Below, in pieces: positions 27,989-36,902 of a stretch of DNA of 64,000 nt. The notes below the pieces were generated by a model. The model did no database searches, was not told where the DNA came from, and saw only the letters and a program-made list of their open reading frames with translations. The DNA is from an uncultured Candidatus Peribacteria bacterium (lineage in GTDB: Bacteria; Patescibacteriota; Gracilibacteria; UBA4473), in contig CAZOER010000002.1 of NCBI GenBank assembly GCA_964578905.1, forward strand, positions 4,840 to 68,839, written 5' to 3'. The stretch's first letter is position 1. Each line of letters starts with the position of its first letter. The position numbers and the translations under genes were made by a program.

Positions 27989-28542
27989 AAAAACAAATAC
28001 TGATTCCCATAATAATTGTCTCTTGCTTTCTTGGAGCAGGGATGGGCAGTATTACAGATACCTCAACATTGCAGGCAAACTTTTTTATGAACTTGTGGAA
28101 ACAGATTGTCGATACGCCAGAAAATGAAAGTGACAATGTTTTTAGTACAACACTAGAGGGATATCGACTTCCAAAGGAAACAAAAGAAGCGTTCTTAAGC
28201 CTTCATGAGAGCGGACAAAGAGATTTTAGAACGCTCATTGGAGCAGAAGGGGATGAGGTCTTTGTTCCTGGAATTATTCTTACGTCAGACAAAGATACCT
28301 ATGATCAAATAACAGAACTAAAACGAAGCTTGAGTATGATAAAGATTGGTGTTGATTCAATGCAGGATGATGACACAGCACCTTTTATCAGAACCATCGA
28401 AACAGACGAAGAGTGGGATGAAGTAAAGAGTGAAGAATTGGGTGAAGAAAAAACAACAGACCTTCAAAGAGAGATGGAGACAATCATTCGTATGGGATTA
28501 CAGATTTGTAAGCGACAACGGAGTGATCTTAAGTGCGAATGA
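27985..28542 (+). CDS. Putative lipoprotein (third of three)
   Basis: ATGA overlap with the upstream gene. MKKQILIPIIIVSC has a lipobox-like IVSC. The mature part is acidic. Confidence 0.65.
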   Translation: MKKQILIPIIIVSCFLGAGMGSITDTSTLQANFFMNLWKQIVDTPENESDNVFSTTLEGYRLPKETKEAFLSLHESGQRDFRTLIGAEGDEVFVPGIILTSDKDTYDQITELKRSLSMIKIGVDSMQDDDTAPFIRTIETDEEWDEVKSEELGEEKTTDLQREMETIIRMGLQICKRQRSDLKCE

Positions 28543-28608
28543 ATCTCAGAAAGCTTGCGAAGTGAGATTTCTGGGGATATGAATTCGCATCCCCGCGAAG
28601 GCGGGGAT
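28543..28608. repeat. Hairpin repeat cluster between convergent genes
   Basis: ATCTCA...TGAGAT (28543-28568) and ATCCCCGC-GAAG-GCGGGGAT (28589-28608). One frame reads the ...HPREGGDP... type peptide typical of such palindromic repeats. Confidence 0.6.
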
Positions 28609-28654
28609 CCCCTAAATTAAAAATGGATTCCCCAATTAAATTGGAGAATGAGGG

Positions 28655-31306
28655 TTAAAGAGATTTTCCGTGGCATTTCTTGAACTTCTGTCCTGATCCA
28701 CAGGGACATTCATCGTTTCGTCCAACGTTCGCATATTTATTCCCCAATTTCTCAGCCGTAACAGATCGCCCTGCGTCAGAAGCAATTACTTTCACACCTT
28801 CTTGCTGACTACTCCCTTCAGGCTCTCTTGCGTTGCGGAGCGTTTCGTGAATTTGATCGTCGTTGGTAACCGCATCGGAATAGTCGGCGGTTTCCATCTC
28901 AATGTTTTCTTGGAATTGAATTCGGAAAAGATTGGTCACACACGTGCTTCTAATGTTTGAAAGAAGACGTCGGAACATCTCAAACGCCTCTCGTTTGTAT
29001 TCCATGACAGGGTCTTTTTGTGCGTATCCAGAAAGGGCCACTTGATCACGAAGGCTTGTCATGGCATTAATATGTTCGAGCCAGAGTTCATCGATAGATC
29101 GGAGTACGACGTACTTGGTAATTTTATCGACTTGATCATCAGGTAATGATGATTTTTTGGTATCCCATGCTGAGAGAAGATAATTTCCTATATTCTCAAT
29201 GAGCTCATCTTGATGCGTAAAGGCTTCCAACTCAGTAAGCTCAAGAGGGGATTTCTCTGATAAATGAATAGAGTGCACCGTTTCGAGAATCTCAGGCACA
29301 TTCCACGTTTTATCCGCTTGAGGTGTTGGAGCATGAACCGCTACGAGTTGTGTAGCTAATTCCTGAATCATCGTCTCGACATCATCAAGCACGGCTTCGG
29401 ATCCCAAGAGTTTTCGTCGTTCAGTATATATTTTTTCACGATGGACGTTCATCACATCATCGTATTGCACGACGTGTTTTCGAGCATCAAAGTGAAATCC
29501 TTCAATCTTCTTTTGTGCATTTTCCACACTTCGTGAAATCATTTTGTTTTGCACTGGTTCTGCTTCGGGCATCTTCAACCGTTCCATAACACCTGCCATT
29601 TTCTCGCCTCCGAATCGACGCATGAGGTCGTCTCTCATTGAGATATAAAACTGTGACATTCCAGCATCTCCCTGACGTCCAGATCGTCCTCGGAGCTGAT
29701 TATCAATTCGTCGTGATTCATGACGTTCCGTTCCCAAAATCGCTAACCCCCCAAGTTCTACAACTTCCCGAGTGAGTTTAATATCCGTACCTCGTCCAGC
29801 CATGTTGGTCGCAATAGTCACGGCTCCCTTTTGTCCAGACTTGGCCACGATTTCCGCTTCTCGCTCATGCTGTTTCGCATTCAAGACTTCGTGAGGGATG
29901 CCTCGTTTCTTCAATACATCAGACAATAATTCAGACTTATCGATGTTGATCGTTCCGATAAGAACGGGCTGTCCTTTCTTATGTAATATTTCAACTTCAT
30001 TCAACAATGCTGTGAATTTTCCGTTTTCGTTTTTGAAAATTTTATCGGGCAAATCGAGTCGCACGCAAGGCTTGTTTGTGGGAATCACAATTGTGTCGAG
30101 CTTATAAATCTTCGCAAACTCCTCAGCTTCAGTTTCGGCAGTTCCCGTCATTCCCGCTAATTTCTCATATAAACGGAAGTAATTCTGAAATGTAATGGTT
30201 GCGAGTGTTTTTGATTCTCGTTGAATAGGAACGTTTTCCTTGGCTTCCAGTGCTTGGTGCAGTCCATCGGAATATCGTCTTCCTGGCATCAATCGTCCGG
30301 TGAACTCATCCACGATAAGAACCTGATCATCTCTGACCACATAATCTTTATCTCGTTCAAAGATAATGTTGGCCTTCAAAGAGTTCTCAATGTGATGCAC
30401 TTCTTCGAATCCCGATTCGGTAAAAATGTTCTTTACCCCCAAAATACCTTCCATCTTGGCAATTCCTTTCTCACTCAGCGTTACCGCTTTTAACTTCACA
30501 TCAATATTAAAATCCTCATTTTCCACCAGTTGGGGAATGATTTGTGAGTATCGGAGATATTTCTCAGTCGATTCTTCTGCCGCAGCAGAGATAATGAGCG
30601 GTGTTCTTGCCTCATCAATCAAAATAGAATCCACCTCATCCACAATCGTATAGTGGAGTTCTCGTTGCACGAGATCATTTGGATCTTGCGCCATGTTGTC
30701 TCGCAAGTAATCGAATCCAAACTCGTTATTTGTTCCGTAGGTAATATCAGAATTGTATGACTCGCGCCGTTCTTCATTGCTCTTCCCATGAACAATAACT
30801 CCCACAGACAATCCACAGAACTCATATAAAGGGGTCATCCATTCAGCATCTCGTTGTGCAAGGTAATCATTCACCGTAATCACGTGTACGCCCTTTCCCG
30901 TCAATGCATTCAAAATTACAGGAAGGGTACAAACAAGCGTTTTTCCTTCTCCTGTTTTCATTTCGGCAGCTTTTCCTTGATGGAGAACAACCCCTCCCAC
31001 CAACTGTACATCGTAGTGCACCATGTTCCATTCTTGGTCTTTTCCACGCACTTCAAATGATTTGCCACAGAGTCGTCGAGCGACATCTTTTACCGCTGCA
31101 AAAATATCAACTAATAAATCATCTCGCTTTTCAGGATTGACGCTGAGCATTTCCTTCCAATCAAGAAACTGCTTTTTGAGTTCTTCATCAGAAAGTTTCA
31201 CAAAGTCTTCCCCTTTCTTATTAATTTTTGCTACGACAGGCGCTAAGTTTTGAAGTTGTTTCTGGTTGTAATTCCCAAAGAGGGTATCGAATATCTTCTG
31301 AATCAT
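28655..31306 (-). CDS. secA: Preprotein translocase ATPase SecA
   Basis: Full-length SecA motifs (MKTGEGKTL, DEVDSILIDEARTPLIIS, TNMAGRGTDI) and the C-terminal zinc motif CPCGSGQKFKKCHG. ATG at 31306. Confidence 0.95.
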   Translation of the reverse strand: MIQKIFDTLFGNYNQKQLQNLAPVVAKINKKGEDFVKLSDEELKKQFLDWKEMLSVNPEKRDDLLVDIFAAVKDVARRLCGKSFEVRGKDQEWNMVHYDVQLVGGVVLHQGKAAEMKTGEGKTLVCTLPVILNALTGKGVHVITVNDYLAQRDAEWMTPLYEFCGLSVGVIVHGKSNEERRESYNSDITYGTNNEFGFDYLRDNMAQDPNDLVQRELHYTIVDEVDSILIDEARTPLIISAAAEESTEKYLRYSQIIPQLVENEDFNIDVKLKAVTLSEKGIAKMEGILGVKNIFTESGFEEVHHIENSLKANIIFERDKDYVVRDDQVLIVDEFTGRLMPGRRYSDGLHQALEAKENVPIQRESKTLATITFQNYFRLYEKLAGMTGTAETEAEEFAKIYKLDTIVIPTNKPCVRLDLPDKIFKNENGKFTALLNEVEILHKKGQPVLIGTINIDKSELLSDVLKKRGIPHEVLNAKQHEREAEIVAKSGQKGAVTIATNMAGRGTDIKLTREVVELGGLAILGTERHESRRIDNQLRGRSGRQGDAGMSQFYISMRDDLMRRFGGEKMAGVMERLKMPEAEPVQNKMISRSVENAQKKIEGFHFDARKHVVQYDDVMNVHREKIYTERRKLLGSEAVLDDVETMIQELATQLVAVHAPTPQADKTWNVPEILETVHSIHLSEKSPLELTELEAFTHQDELIENIGNYLLSAWDTKKSSLPDDQVDKITKYVVLRSIDELWLEHINAMTSLRDQVALSGYAQKDPVMEYKREAFEMFRRLLSNIRSTCVTNLFRIQFQENIEMETADYSDAVTNDDQIHETLRNAREPEGSSQQEGVKVIASDAGRSVTAEKLGNKYANVGRNDECPCGSGQKFKKCHGKSL

Positions 31307-31315
31307 TTCGCGCGA

Positions 31316-31344
31316 ATTGTATTCAAACAAAGAGCAAATAGCAA
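31316..31344 (-). promoter_or_regulatory. secA promoter TTGCTA-17-TACAAT, 9 nt from the ATG
   Basis: The minus strand reads TTGCTAtttgctctttgtttgaaTACAATtcgcgcgaaATG. Confidence 0.6.
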
Positions 31345-31376
31345 ACTCTTCCAACACGAATTACTCCTGTTTTCTG

Positions 31377-31406
31377 CTTGTTTTAAAAACCTTCTTGTGG
31401 TACAAT
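31377..31406 (+). promoter_or_regulatory. pilT promoter with extended -10 (TGGTACAAT), 6 nt from the ATG
   Basis: TTGTTT (31377-31382), 18-nt spacer, TG at 31398-31399, TACAAT at 31401-31406, ATG at 31413. Confidence 0.6.
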
Positions 31407-31412
31407 GAACGG

Positions 31413-32492
31413 ATGGATTTTGAAAAGATTATAGCAACGGCGGAAGAACAAAAAGCTTCAGATGTGCATTTCTCACCTGGATTGCCCATATTTTTACGTA
31501 TAAATGGACAGATGATCCCAACAGAGGGAGAAAAACTTACAGCAGAAGATATTTCTGCACTCGTGAGTTCTTTTCTCACGGAAGATCAAGCAGAGGTTTT
31601 GAAGAAACGAAAACAAGTAGATTTCTTGGCGACAATGAGCACAGGGCTTCGTTTGCGAGGAAACGTATTCCATCAAGAATTTGGAATGGCAGCATCTTTC
31701 CGAATTGTACCGCGTCAAATTCGAGATTTTACAACGATTGGATTTCCAAAATTTGTACACGATCGAATTATGAGCATGCATAAAGGACTCGTCCTTATTG
31801 TAGGAGCAACAGGAACAGGGAAATCAACAACCTTGGCATCAATGCTTCAAGAACGAATTATGAACAAAACGGAACATTGTATTACGGTTGAAGATCCAAT
31901 CGAATATATTATTCCTTCAGGGAAGGGAGTTATTCAGCAACGAGAAGTTGGACGTGATGTGTTGAACTTTAAAGACGGAATCGAGGCGGGGCTTCGAGAG
32001 GATCCAGATGTATTGATGGTAGGGGAGATGCGGAACTTGGAAACAATTTCTGCGGCGCTCACTATGGCTGAGACAGGACACGTCGTGTTCTCAACATTGC
32101 ACACGAATGATTGTCCAGAAACAGTGACTCGTATTGTGGATATTTTTCCAGCAGATCAACAGGATCAAGTTCGATCTCAATTATCGGCAACATTGAAAAT
32201 GATTATCGCTCAAAAGCTTGTGCCGACAGCAGACGGAAAAAGTCTCGTCTTGGCATATGAAATTTTGACAACAAACTACGCGATTCAAAATTACATTCGA
32301 CAAAATAAAATCTTCCAGATTCCAAACGTTCTTCAGACAGATTCTTCAGGATACATGGTGCAATATGAACAATCGCTTGCAGGGCTCGTGATTTCAGGAA
32401 AGATTACTCAGGAAATTGCATACGAATACGCTCAAGATAAAGATCAACTGAAGGCGATCTTAGTTTCAAACGGAGTGAAGCAAGCGGCGTAA
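31413..32492 (+). CDS. pilT: Type IV pilus retraction ATPase PilT
   Basis: MDFEKII...ASDVHFSPGLPIFLRINGQM..., Walker A GATGTGKST, ...TVEDPIEY..., ...VGEMRNLET..., ...GHVVFSTLHTND.... Confidence 0.9.
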   Translation: MDFEKIIATAEEQKASDVHFSPGLPIFLRINGQMIPTEGEKLTAEDISALVSSFLTEDQAEVLKKRKQVDFLATMSTGLRLRGNVFHQEFGMAASFRIVPRQIRDFTTIGFPKFVHDRIMSMHKGLVLIVGATGTGKSTTLASMLQERIMNKTEHCITVEDPIEYIIPSGKGVIQQREVGRDVLNFKDGIEAGLREDPDVLMVGEMRNLETISAALTMAETGHVVFSTLHTNDCPETVTRIVDIFPADQQDQVRSQLSATLKMIIAQKLVPTADGKSLVLAYEILTTNYAIQNYIRQNKIFQIPNVLQTDSSGYMVQYEQSLAGLVISGKITQEIAYEYAQDKDQLKAILVSNGVKQAA

Positions 32493-32498
32493 GAAATT

Positions 32499-32617
32499 CT
32501 AAAAAAAATATAAATTCCCCGACTTGTTCGGGGATCTTTATGTTTTAGTATTTGTTTTAAGGACTTAATTGAAGACTATTTATAATAATTCGAAGATCCC
32601 TGAATGAATCAGGGAAT
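32499..32617. repeat. Short copy of the bounded intergenic cassette (left end, hairpin, 32-nt right end)
   Basis: The left end CTAAAAAAAATATAAATTCCCC matches 40788-40809. Hairpin TCCCCGA-CTTGT-TCGGGGA (32516-32534) may also terminate pilT. The right end TAATTCGAAGATCCCTGAATGAATCAGGGAAT (32586-32617) is identical to 41029-41060. Confidence 0.7.
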
Positions 32618-32640
32618 ATTAGATTATAGATTTTTTAACG

Positions 32641-32669
32641 TTGCTCATTCCTCGTTCTTCGTTAATAAT
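32641..32669 (+). promoter_or_regulatory. dnaE promoter TTGCTC-17-AATAAT, 7 nt from the ATG
   Basis: Hexamers at 32641-32646 and 32664-32669, followed by TACGGAG and the ATG at 32677. Confidence 0.45.
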
Positions 32670-32676
32670 TACGGAG

Positions 32677-35600
32677 ATGGCAAAACCCTTTGTGAATCTC
32701 CACACACACTCCTTTTACTCGTTGTTAGAGGGAAGTTCGAGTCCGAAATCAATCTTGGAAAAAGCGAAGAATTTTGGGTGTCCGGCGGTAGCATTAACTG
32801 ATTCAGGAGCGGGATACGGACTCATTGATTTCTATGAACAAGCAGAAAACGTAAAAGATATTCAGCCAATTTTGGGAGTGGAAATATATGTCGCTGCCGA
32901 TTCTCGATTTGAACAACGAGCAGGGATTGATGGGCGAGAAGGACACTTGGTTGTGCTCGCGAAAAACGAAAAAGGATATCAGAATTTATTGAAACTCATT
33001 TCCCATGCGTACCTTGAGGGGTTTTATTACAAACCACGAGTGGATTTTGAATTATTAGAAAAATATAGAGAAGGACTTATTGTTCTCACAGGTTCTGTTT
33101 CGGGGGTGATTGGGAAAGCATTCCATCATTTTGGAGAAGAAAAGGCCGAAGCCTTGTTTCAAAAAGTAGTCGATGTGTTCGGCATTGAAAATGTATGCTG
33201 TGAATTGGTAGCACGAAACTACGATTACCAAAAAGATCTCAATCTTTTTCAGCAGAAAATGGCAGAGAAATATAAGGTAAAAATGGTCATCACGTCCGAT
33301 GCCCGATTTATGGACGAAGAAGATGAAGATGCAGCCGACACACTCTTCTGTATTGGAAAGAACTTGCAAGCATCAGATCCGGCTCGAAAGAAATTTGCAG
33401 AAGGAAACTTCTTCAAGTCCTTTGAGCAGATGGAACTGGAACTCAGTTATATTGATGGAGAAGTTCTGGAAGAAGCACGAAAAAATACATTATCAATTGC
33501 GGACGAAGTAGATTTTAAACTCGATTTTGGAAAGAATCTGCTCCCACATTTCACCGTAGAAAGAGGGGAGACAGAAGCTTCGCAACTCAGGAAGGATTGT
33601 GAAAACAATCTTGAGCGACGATATGGAAAAAACATTTCCCCTGAAATCCTTGATAGACTTGATTACGAACTTGGGATTATTGGAAAGATGCATTTCGATG
33701 CGTACTTTTTGATCGTGGCAGACTTCATCAGCTTTGCAAAAACCAATGGAATTGCCGTGGGGCCAGGACGAGGATCAGCAGCGGGATCAATCGTGGCATA
33801 CTTACTCGACATCACGAATATTGATCCGATTAAATACGAACTGCTCTTTGAACGATTCCTCAATCCAGAACGAATCTCAATGCCCGATATTGATATCGAT
33901 TTTTCGGATGAAAGACGAGAGGAGGTGATGCAATACGTGGTTGAAAAGTACGGTGTCGAAAAAGTATCGAAGGTGTGTACATTTGGAACAATGTCAGCGA
34001 AAGCAGCGCTCAAAGATGTAGGACGAGCACAGGGAGTGCCGTTTGCAGAAATGAATGCGCTGACCAAGTTATTGCCAAATCGTCCTGGGTTTACCTTGGC
34101 AGATGCGGCAAAGAACAAAGACTTCATGGCATTTGTCGATGCGAAACCGAATCTTGGAAAAGTATTCACCCTCGCGAAGAAACTTGAAGGATGTGTCAGG
34201 CATGTGTCTGTGCATGCGTGTGCGGTGATTATCGGACATGAGGACCTTACGAATGCGACTCCGATTCAATGGGCACCAGGAGCAGATGAACTCAAAATTA
34301 CCCAATTCCCATACCAGCAATTAGAGCACTTGGGATTGTTGAAGATGGACTTTTTGGGACTAAAGAACCTGTCTGTGCTCGAAAAGGCGATTGCGAATAT
34401 TAAAATTACAACGGAAGAAGAAATCGATCTTTTGCAAATTCCAATTGATGATGAGAAGACATTTCAAATGATGGCGGATGGGGAAACAACGGGAGTTTTC
34501 CAATTCGAATCAGCAGGAATGCGTCGGTATTTAAAAGAACTCAAACCAACAGAATTCGAAGATTTGGTAGCGATGAATGCGCTCTATCGTCCAGGACCGA
34601 TGGAATATATTCCCGTTTATATTGAGGGAAAACACAACCCAGACAAAGTGAAATATGAACACGAAGTGCTCGAACCGATTCTCAAAAAAACATACGGAAT
34701 TGCCGTCTATCAAGAGCAAGTATTGAAAATTGCACAGGTGTTTGCGGGGTTCTCTTTGGGAGAAGCGGATATTCTGCGAAAAGCGATTGGAAAGAAGATT
34801 GCCTCTATCTTGGCGAAGCAACGAGAAAAGTTTATTTCAGGAGCGGTTGAGAAAGGATTTGCGAAAAAACTCGCGACAAAAATATTTGATGAGATTGTGG
34901 TACCGTTCTCCGGATATGGATTTAACCGATCTCATGCGGTGTGCTATGCACGTATTGCGTATGAAACAGCCTATTTGCGAGCGAACTATCCGGTGGAGTT
35001 TATGGCGGCAATGATGACCACAGACCGACACAATACTGATCGAATTGTGCTTGAAATGAATGAGTGTTCGGCAATGGGTATTGAAGTGCTCCCTCCATCA
35101 ATCAATCAGTCGGGAGCGCATTTCACCGTTATTGATGACAAAGTGGCAGGACAGTTAGAGATTGTAGAAGAAGCGGAAGATACTGCGCCAGTTCATTCTA
35201 AAAAAATACGATTCGGACTCACGGCTATTAAAGGAGTCGGAGAAGAAACCGTGAATAAAATTATCTTTGAACGAAAAGAGAATGGACGATTTGAATCGCT
35301 TCAAGATTTTGCAAAACGAGTTCCTGTGAAGCTTATGAATAAGAAAACGCTTGAAGCGCTTGCGTTCTCAGGGGCGCTTGATGAGTTTGGAAACAGGAAA
35401 GCGATTGTTGATTCCCTTGATGATTTAGCACAGTTCTCGAAAGAATTTCAATTGAAATCCGAAAGTGGACAAGTGGGACTCTTCGGAGGAATCGATGACA
35501 GTGCCATTGAGTTTGTCATTAAAAATACGGTTGCCACTAAAGAAGACATCTTGGCGTGGGAACGAGAAAGTTTAGGTCTCTTTGTTTCCGATCATCCATT

Positions 35601-36192
35601 AAAAGGATTGCAGTCGTATTTCTCAAAATACGGGATTCTCATCGGAACCATGACCGAGGCGGAGGACATGGGACAGAAGCGAACAGTGCATGGGATCGTG
35701 ACCGAAGTTCGACGGATTGTGACGCGCAATGGGAAAAACATGGCTATTATCGCCCTTGAAGACACCTCTGGAAAAGTTGAATTGGCAGTCTTCCCACAAA
35801 CCTATGAAAAGATTCCGCCACGAGCATTTGAAGTGGATGCATTCTTGCGGGTACGGGGAAAAATAGAAGAACGGAATGGGAATCTTAATATGATCGTTGA
35901 TGAAATAAAAATAGGGGACTTGTCAGAGATTGGGAAATGGCGGGCACAACAAGAAGAAAAAGAGGAGAATGAAGAAAAGAAGGAGGAAAAGAAAAAGAAA
36001 AAAATATGTATTGAAATTCCGAAAGGGACTTTGAAAGAAAAAGTCGATGAACTAAAGGTATTTCTCAAAAAAAACGAAACGGAAGAGGGCGTCGAAGTAG
36101 AGATTAAAATTGCAGGAAAGAAGGTGCTTCTTCCTTTTGACGTATGTGACGATGGAACACTCGAGAAGGAGTGTAAAGGGCTTCTAAAGTAA
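32677..36192 (+). CDS. dnaE: DNA polymerase III alpha subunit
   Basis: PHP domain FVNLHTHSFYSLLEG, polymerase core (...MPDIDIDF..., ...GLLKMDFLGL...) and an OB fold, followed by a Lys/Glu-rich C-terminal extension. ATG at 32677. Confidence 0.95.
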   Translation: MAKPFVNLHTHSFYSLLEGSSSPKSILEKAKNFGCPAVALTDSGAGYGLIDFYEQAENVKDIQPILGVEIYVAADSRFEQRAGIDGREGHLVVLAKNEKGYQNLLKLISHAYLEGFYYKPRVDFELLEKYREGLIVLTGSVSGVIGKAFHHFGEEKAEALFQKVVDVFGIENVCCELVARNYDYQKDLNLFQQKMAEKYKVKMVITSDARFMDEEDEDAADTLFCIGKNLQASDPARKKFAEGNFFKSFEQMELELSYIDGEVLEEARKNTLSIADEVDFKLDFGKNLLPHFTVERGETEASQLRKDCENNLERRYGKNISPEILDRLDYELGIIGKMHFDAYFLIVADFISFAKTNGIAVGPGRGSAAGSIVAYLLDITNIDPIKYELLFERFLNPERISMPDIDIDFSDERREEVMQYVVEKYGVEKVSKVCTFGTMSAKAALKDVGRAQGVPFAEMNALTKLLPNRPGFTLADAAKNKDFMAFVDAKPNLGKVFTLAKKLEGCVRHVSVHACAVIIGHEDLTNATPIQWAPGADELKITQFPYQQLEHLGLLKMDFLGLKNLSVLEKAIANIKITTEEEIDLLQIPIDDEKTFQMMADGETTGVFQFESAGMRRYLKELKPTEFEDLVAMNALYRPGPMEYIPVYIEGKHNPDKVKYEHEVLEPILKKTYGIAVYQEQVLKIAQVFAGFSLGEADILRKAIGKKIASILAKQREKFISGAVEKGFAKKLATKIFDEIVVPFSGYGFNRSHAVCYARIAYETAYLRANYPVEFMAAMMTTDRHNTDRIVLEMNECSAMGIEVLPPSINQSGAHFTVIDDKVAGQLEIVEEAEDTAPVHSKKIRFGLTAIKGVGEETVNKIIFERKENGRFESLQDFAKRVPVKLMNKKTLEALAFSGALDEFGNRKAIVDSLDDLAQFSKEFQLKSESGQVGLFGGIDDSAIEFVIKNTVATKEDILAWERESLGLFVSDHPLKGLQSYFSKYGILIGTMTEAEDMGQKRTVHGIVTEVRRIVTRNGKNMAIIALEDTSGKVELAVFPQTYEKIPPRAFEVDAFLRVRGKIEERNGNLNMIVDEIKIGDLSEIGKWRAQQEEKEENEEKKEEKKKKKICIEIPKGTLKEKVDELKVFLKKNETEEGVEVEIKIAGKKVLLPFDVCDDGTLEKECKGLLK

Positions 36193-36246
36193 AACTTTGA
36201 CACTCTTATGGGGCAATGTATGATGAATGCCCTTAACCCAATACAC

Positions 36247-36822
36247 ATGAAAAAGTTTTTTATAGTTTTTGTTTGTGGTCTTCTTTTGTTACCACTTCTT
36301 GCCTTTGCTGACGACGATGAAGGCGAAGAGGGAACGGCAGGACCACCACCACCATCTTTTGAAGAAGGTGGGAAAAGACCACCGAAACCAATGTTATTTC
36401 GTCACGAAGATAATCGAGAGAAACAGGACGCGTCACACATTAAACGACTAGAACACCAATTAAAACAGATACACGAACAGATTGAACGGTTGAAAGAAAA
36501 AGCAGAAGAAATTAAGAAAAAAATGGAGGAAGGAAAAAACTCAGGAAAAGCTGACTGGAAGATGGATGATGATCGTTACGAAACAGAAGAAGTAAAAGAA
36601 ATGCGAAGAGGCAAGGCTATGGGAAAAAAGAAAGCTTCAAAAGTAAGACGACGATGGCAACAGAATAGAGATGAGGAGGGATATATGGGAAATAAAAAAG
36701 AAATGAGAAAAAGACAAAGAAAACTCGATGCGAATATTTTTTCTTCAGATCTCGAAAAATCAAAACAAAGAAACGCTGAGGCAAAGAAAAAAATGAAACG
36801 GTTTTGGAATTTATTTCGATAG
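36247..36822 (+). CDS. Secreted, highly charged (Lys/Glu/Arg-rich) hypothetical protein
   Basis: Signal peptide MKKFFIVFVCGLLLLPLLAFA from the ATG at 36247. Low-complexity charged helix-forming sequence. Confidence 0.65.
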   Translation: MKKFFIVFVCGLLLLPLLAFADDDEGEEGTAGPPPPSFEEGGKRPPKPMLFRHEDNREKQDASHIKRLEHQLKQIHEQIERLKEKAEEIKKKMEEGKNSGKADWKMDDDRYETEEVKEMRRGKAMGKKKASKVRRRWQQNRDEEGYMGNKKEMRKRQRKLDANIFSSDLEKSKQRNAEAKKKMKRFWNLFR

Positions 36823-36845
36823 AATTTTTTTACGAAATATAAAAA

Positions 36846-36873
36846 GCTCCCCGCAATGCGGGGGGCTTTTTTT
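36846..36873 (+). terminator. Rho-independent terminator
   Basis: GCTCCCCGC-AAT-GCGGGGGGC followed by T7. Confidence 0.8.
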
Positions 36874-36902
36874 AATAAGAAAAACTCTTATACTCATCGT
36901 CG

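Noticed and set aside
33663-34169. Long antisense or alternative-frame ORFs inside well-supported genes. Examples: 33663-34169 (-) in dnaE, 20615-21229 (+) in gyrB, 41983-42567 (-) in locus gene C, 35802-36248 (-), 60594-61151 (+) in galU, and 4339-4758 (+) and 4830-5306 (+) in nrdA.
   Set aside because: Each lies fully within a gene whose product has clear conserved motifs on the other strand or frame. Their translations are low-complexity (Ser/Pro/Arg/Phe-rich) with no motifs. They are the expected shadow ORFs of long genes.
35944-36006. The polypurine tract in dnaE as a possible triplex-forming or slippage-prone element.
   Set aside because: It is in frame, encodes a plausible Lys/Glu linker, and is not a simple homopolymer or short tandem repeat. 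There is no evidence of phase variation.
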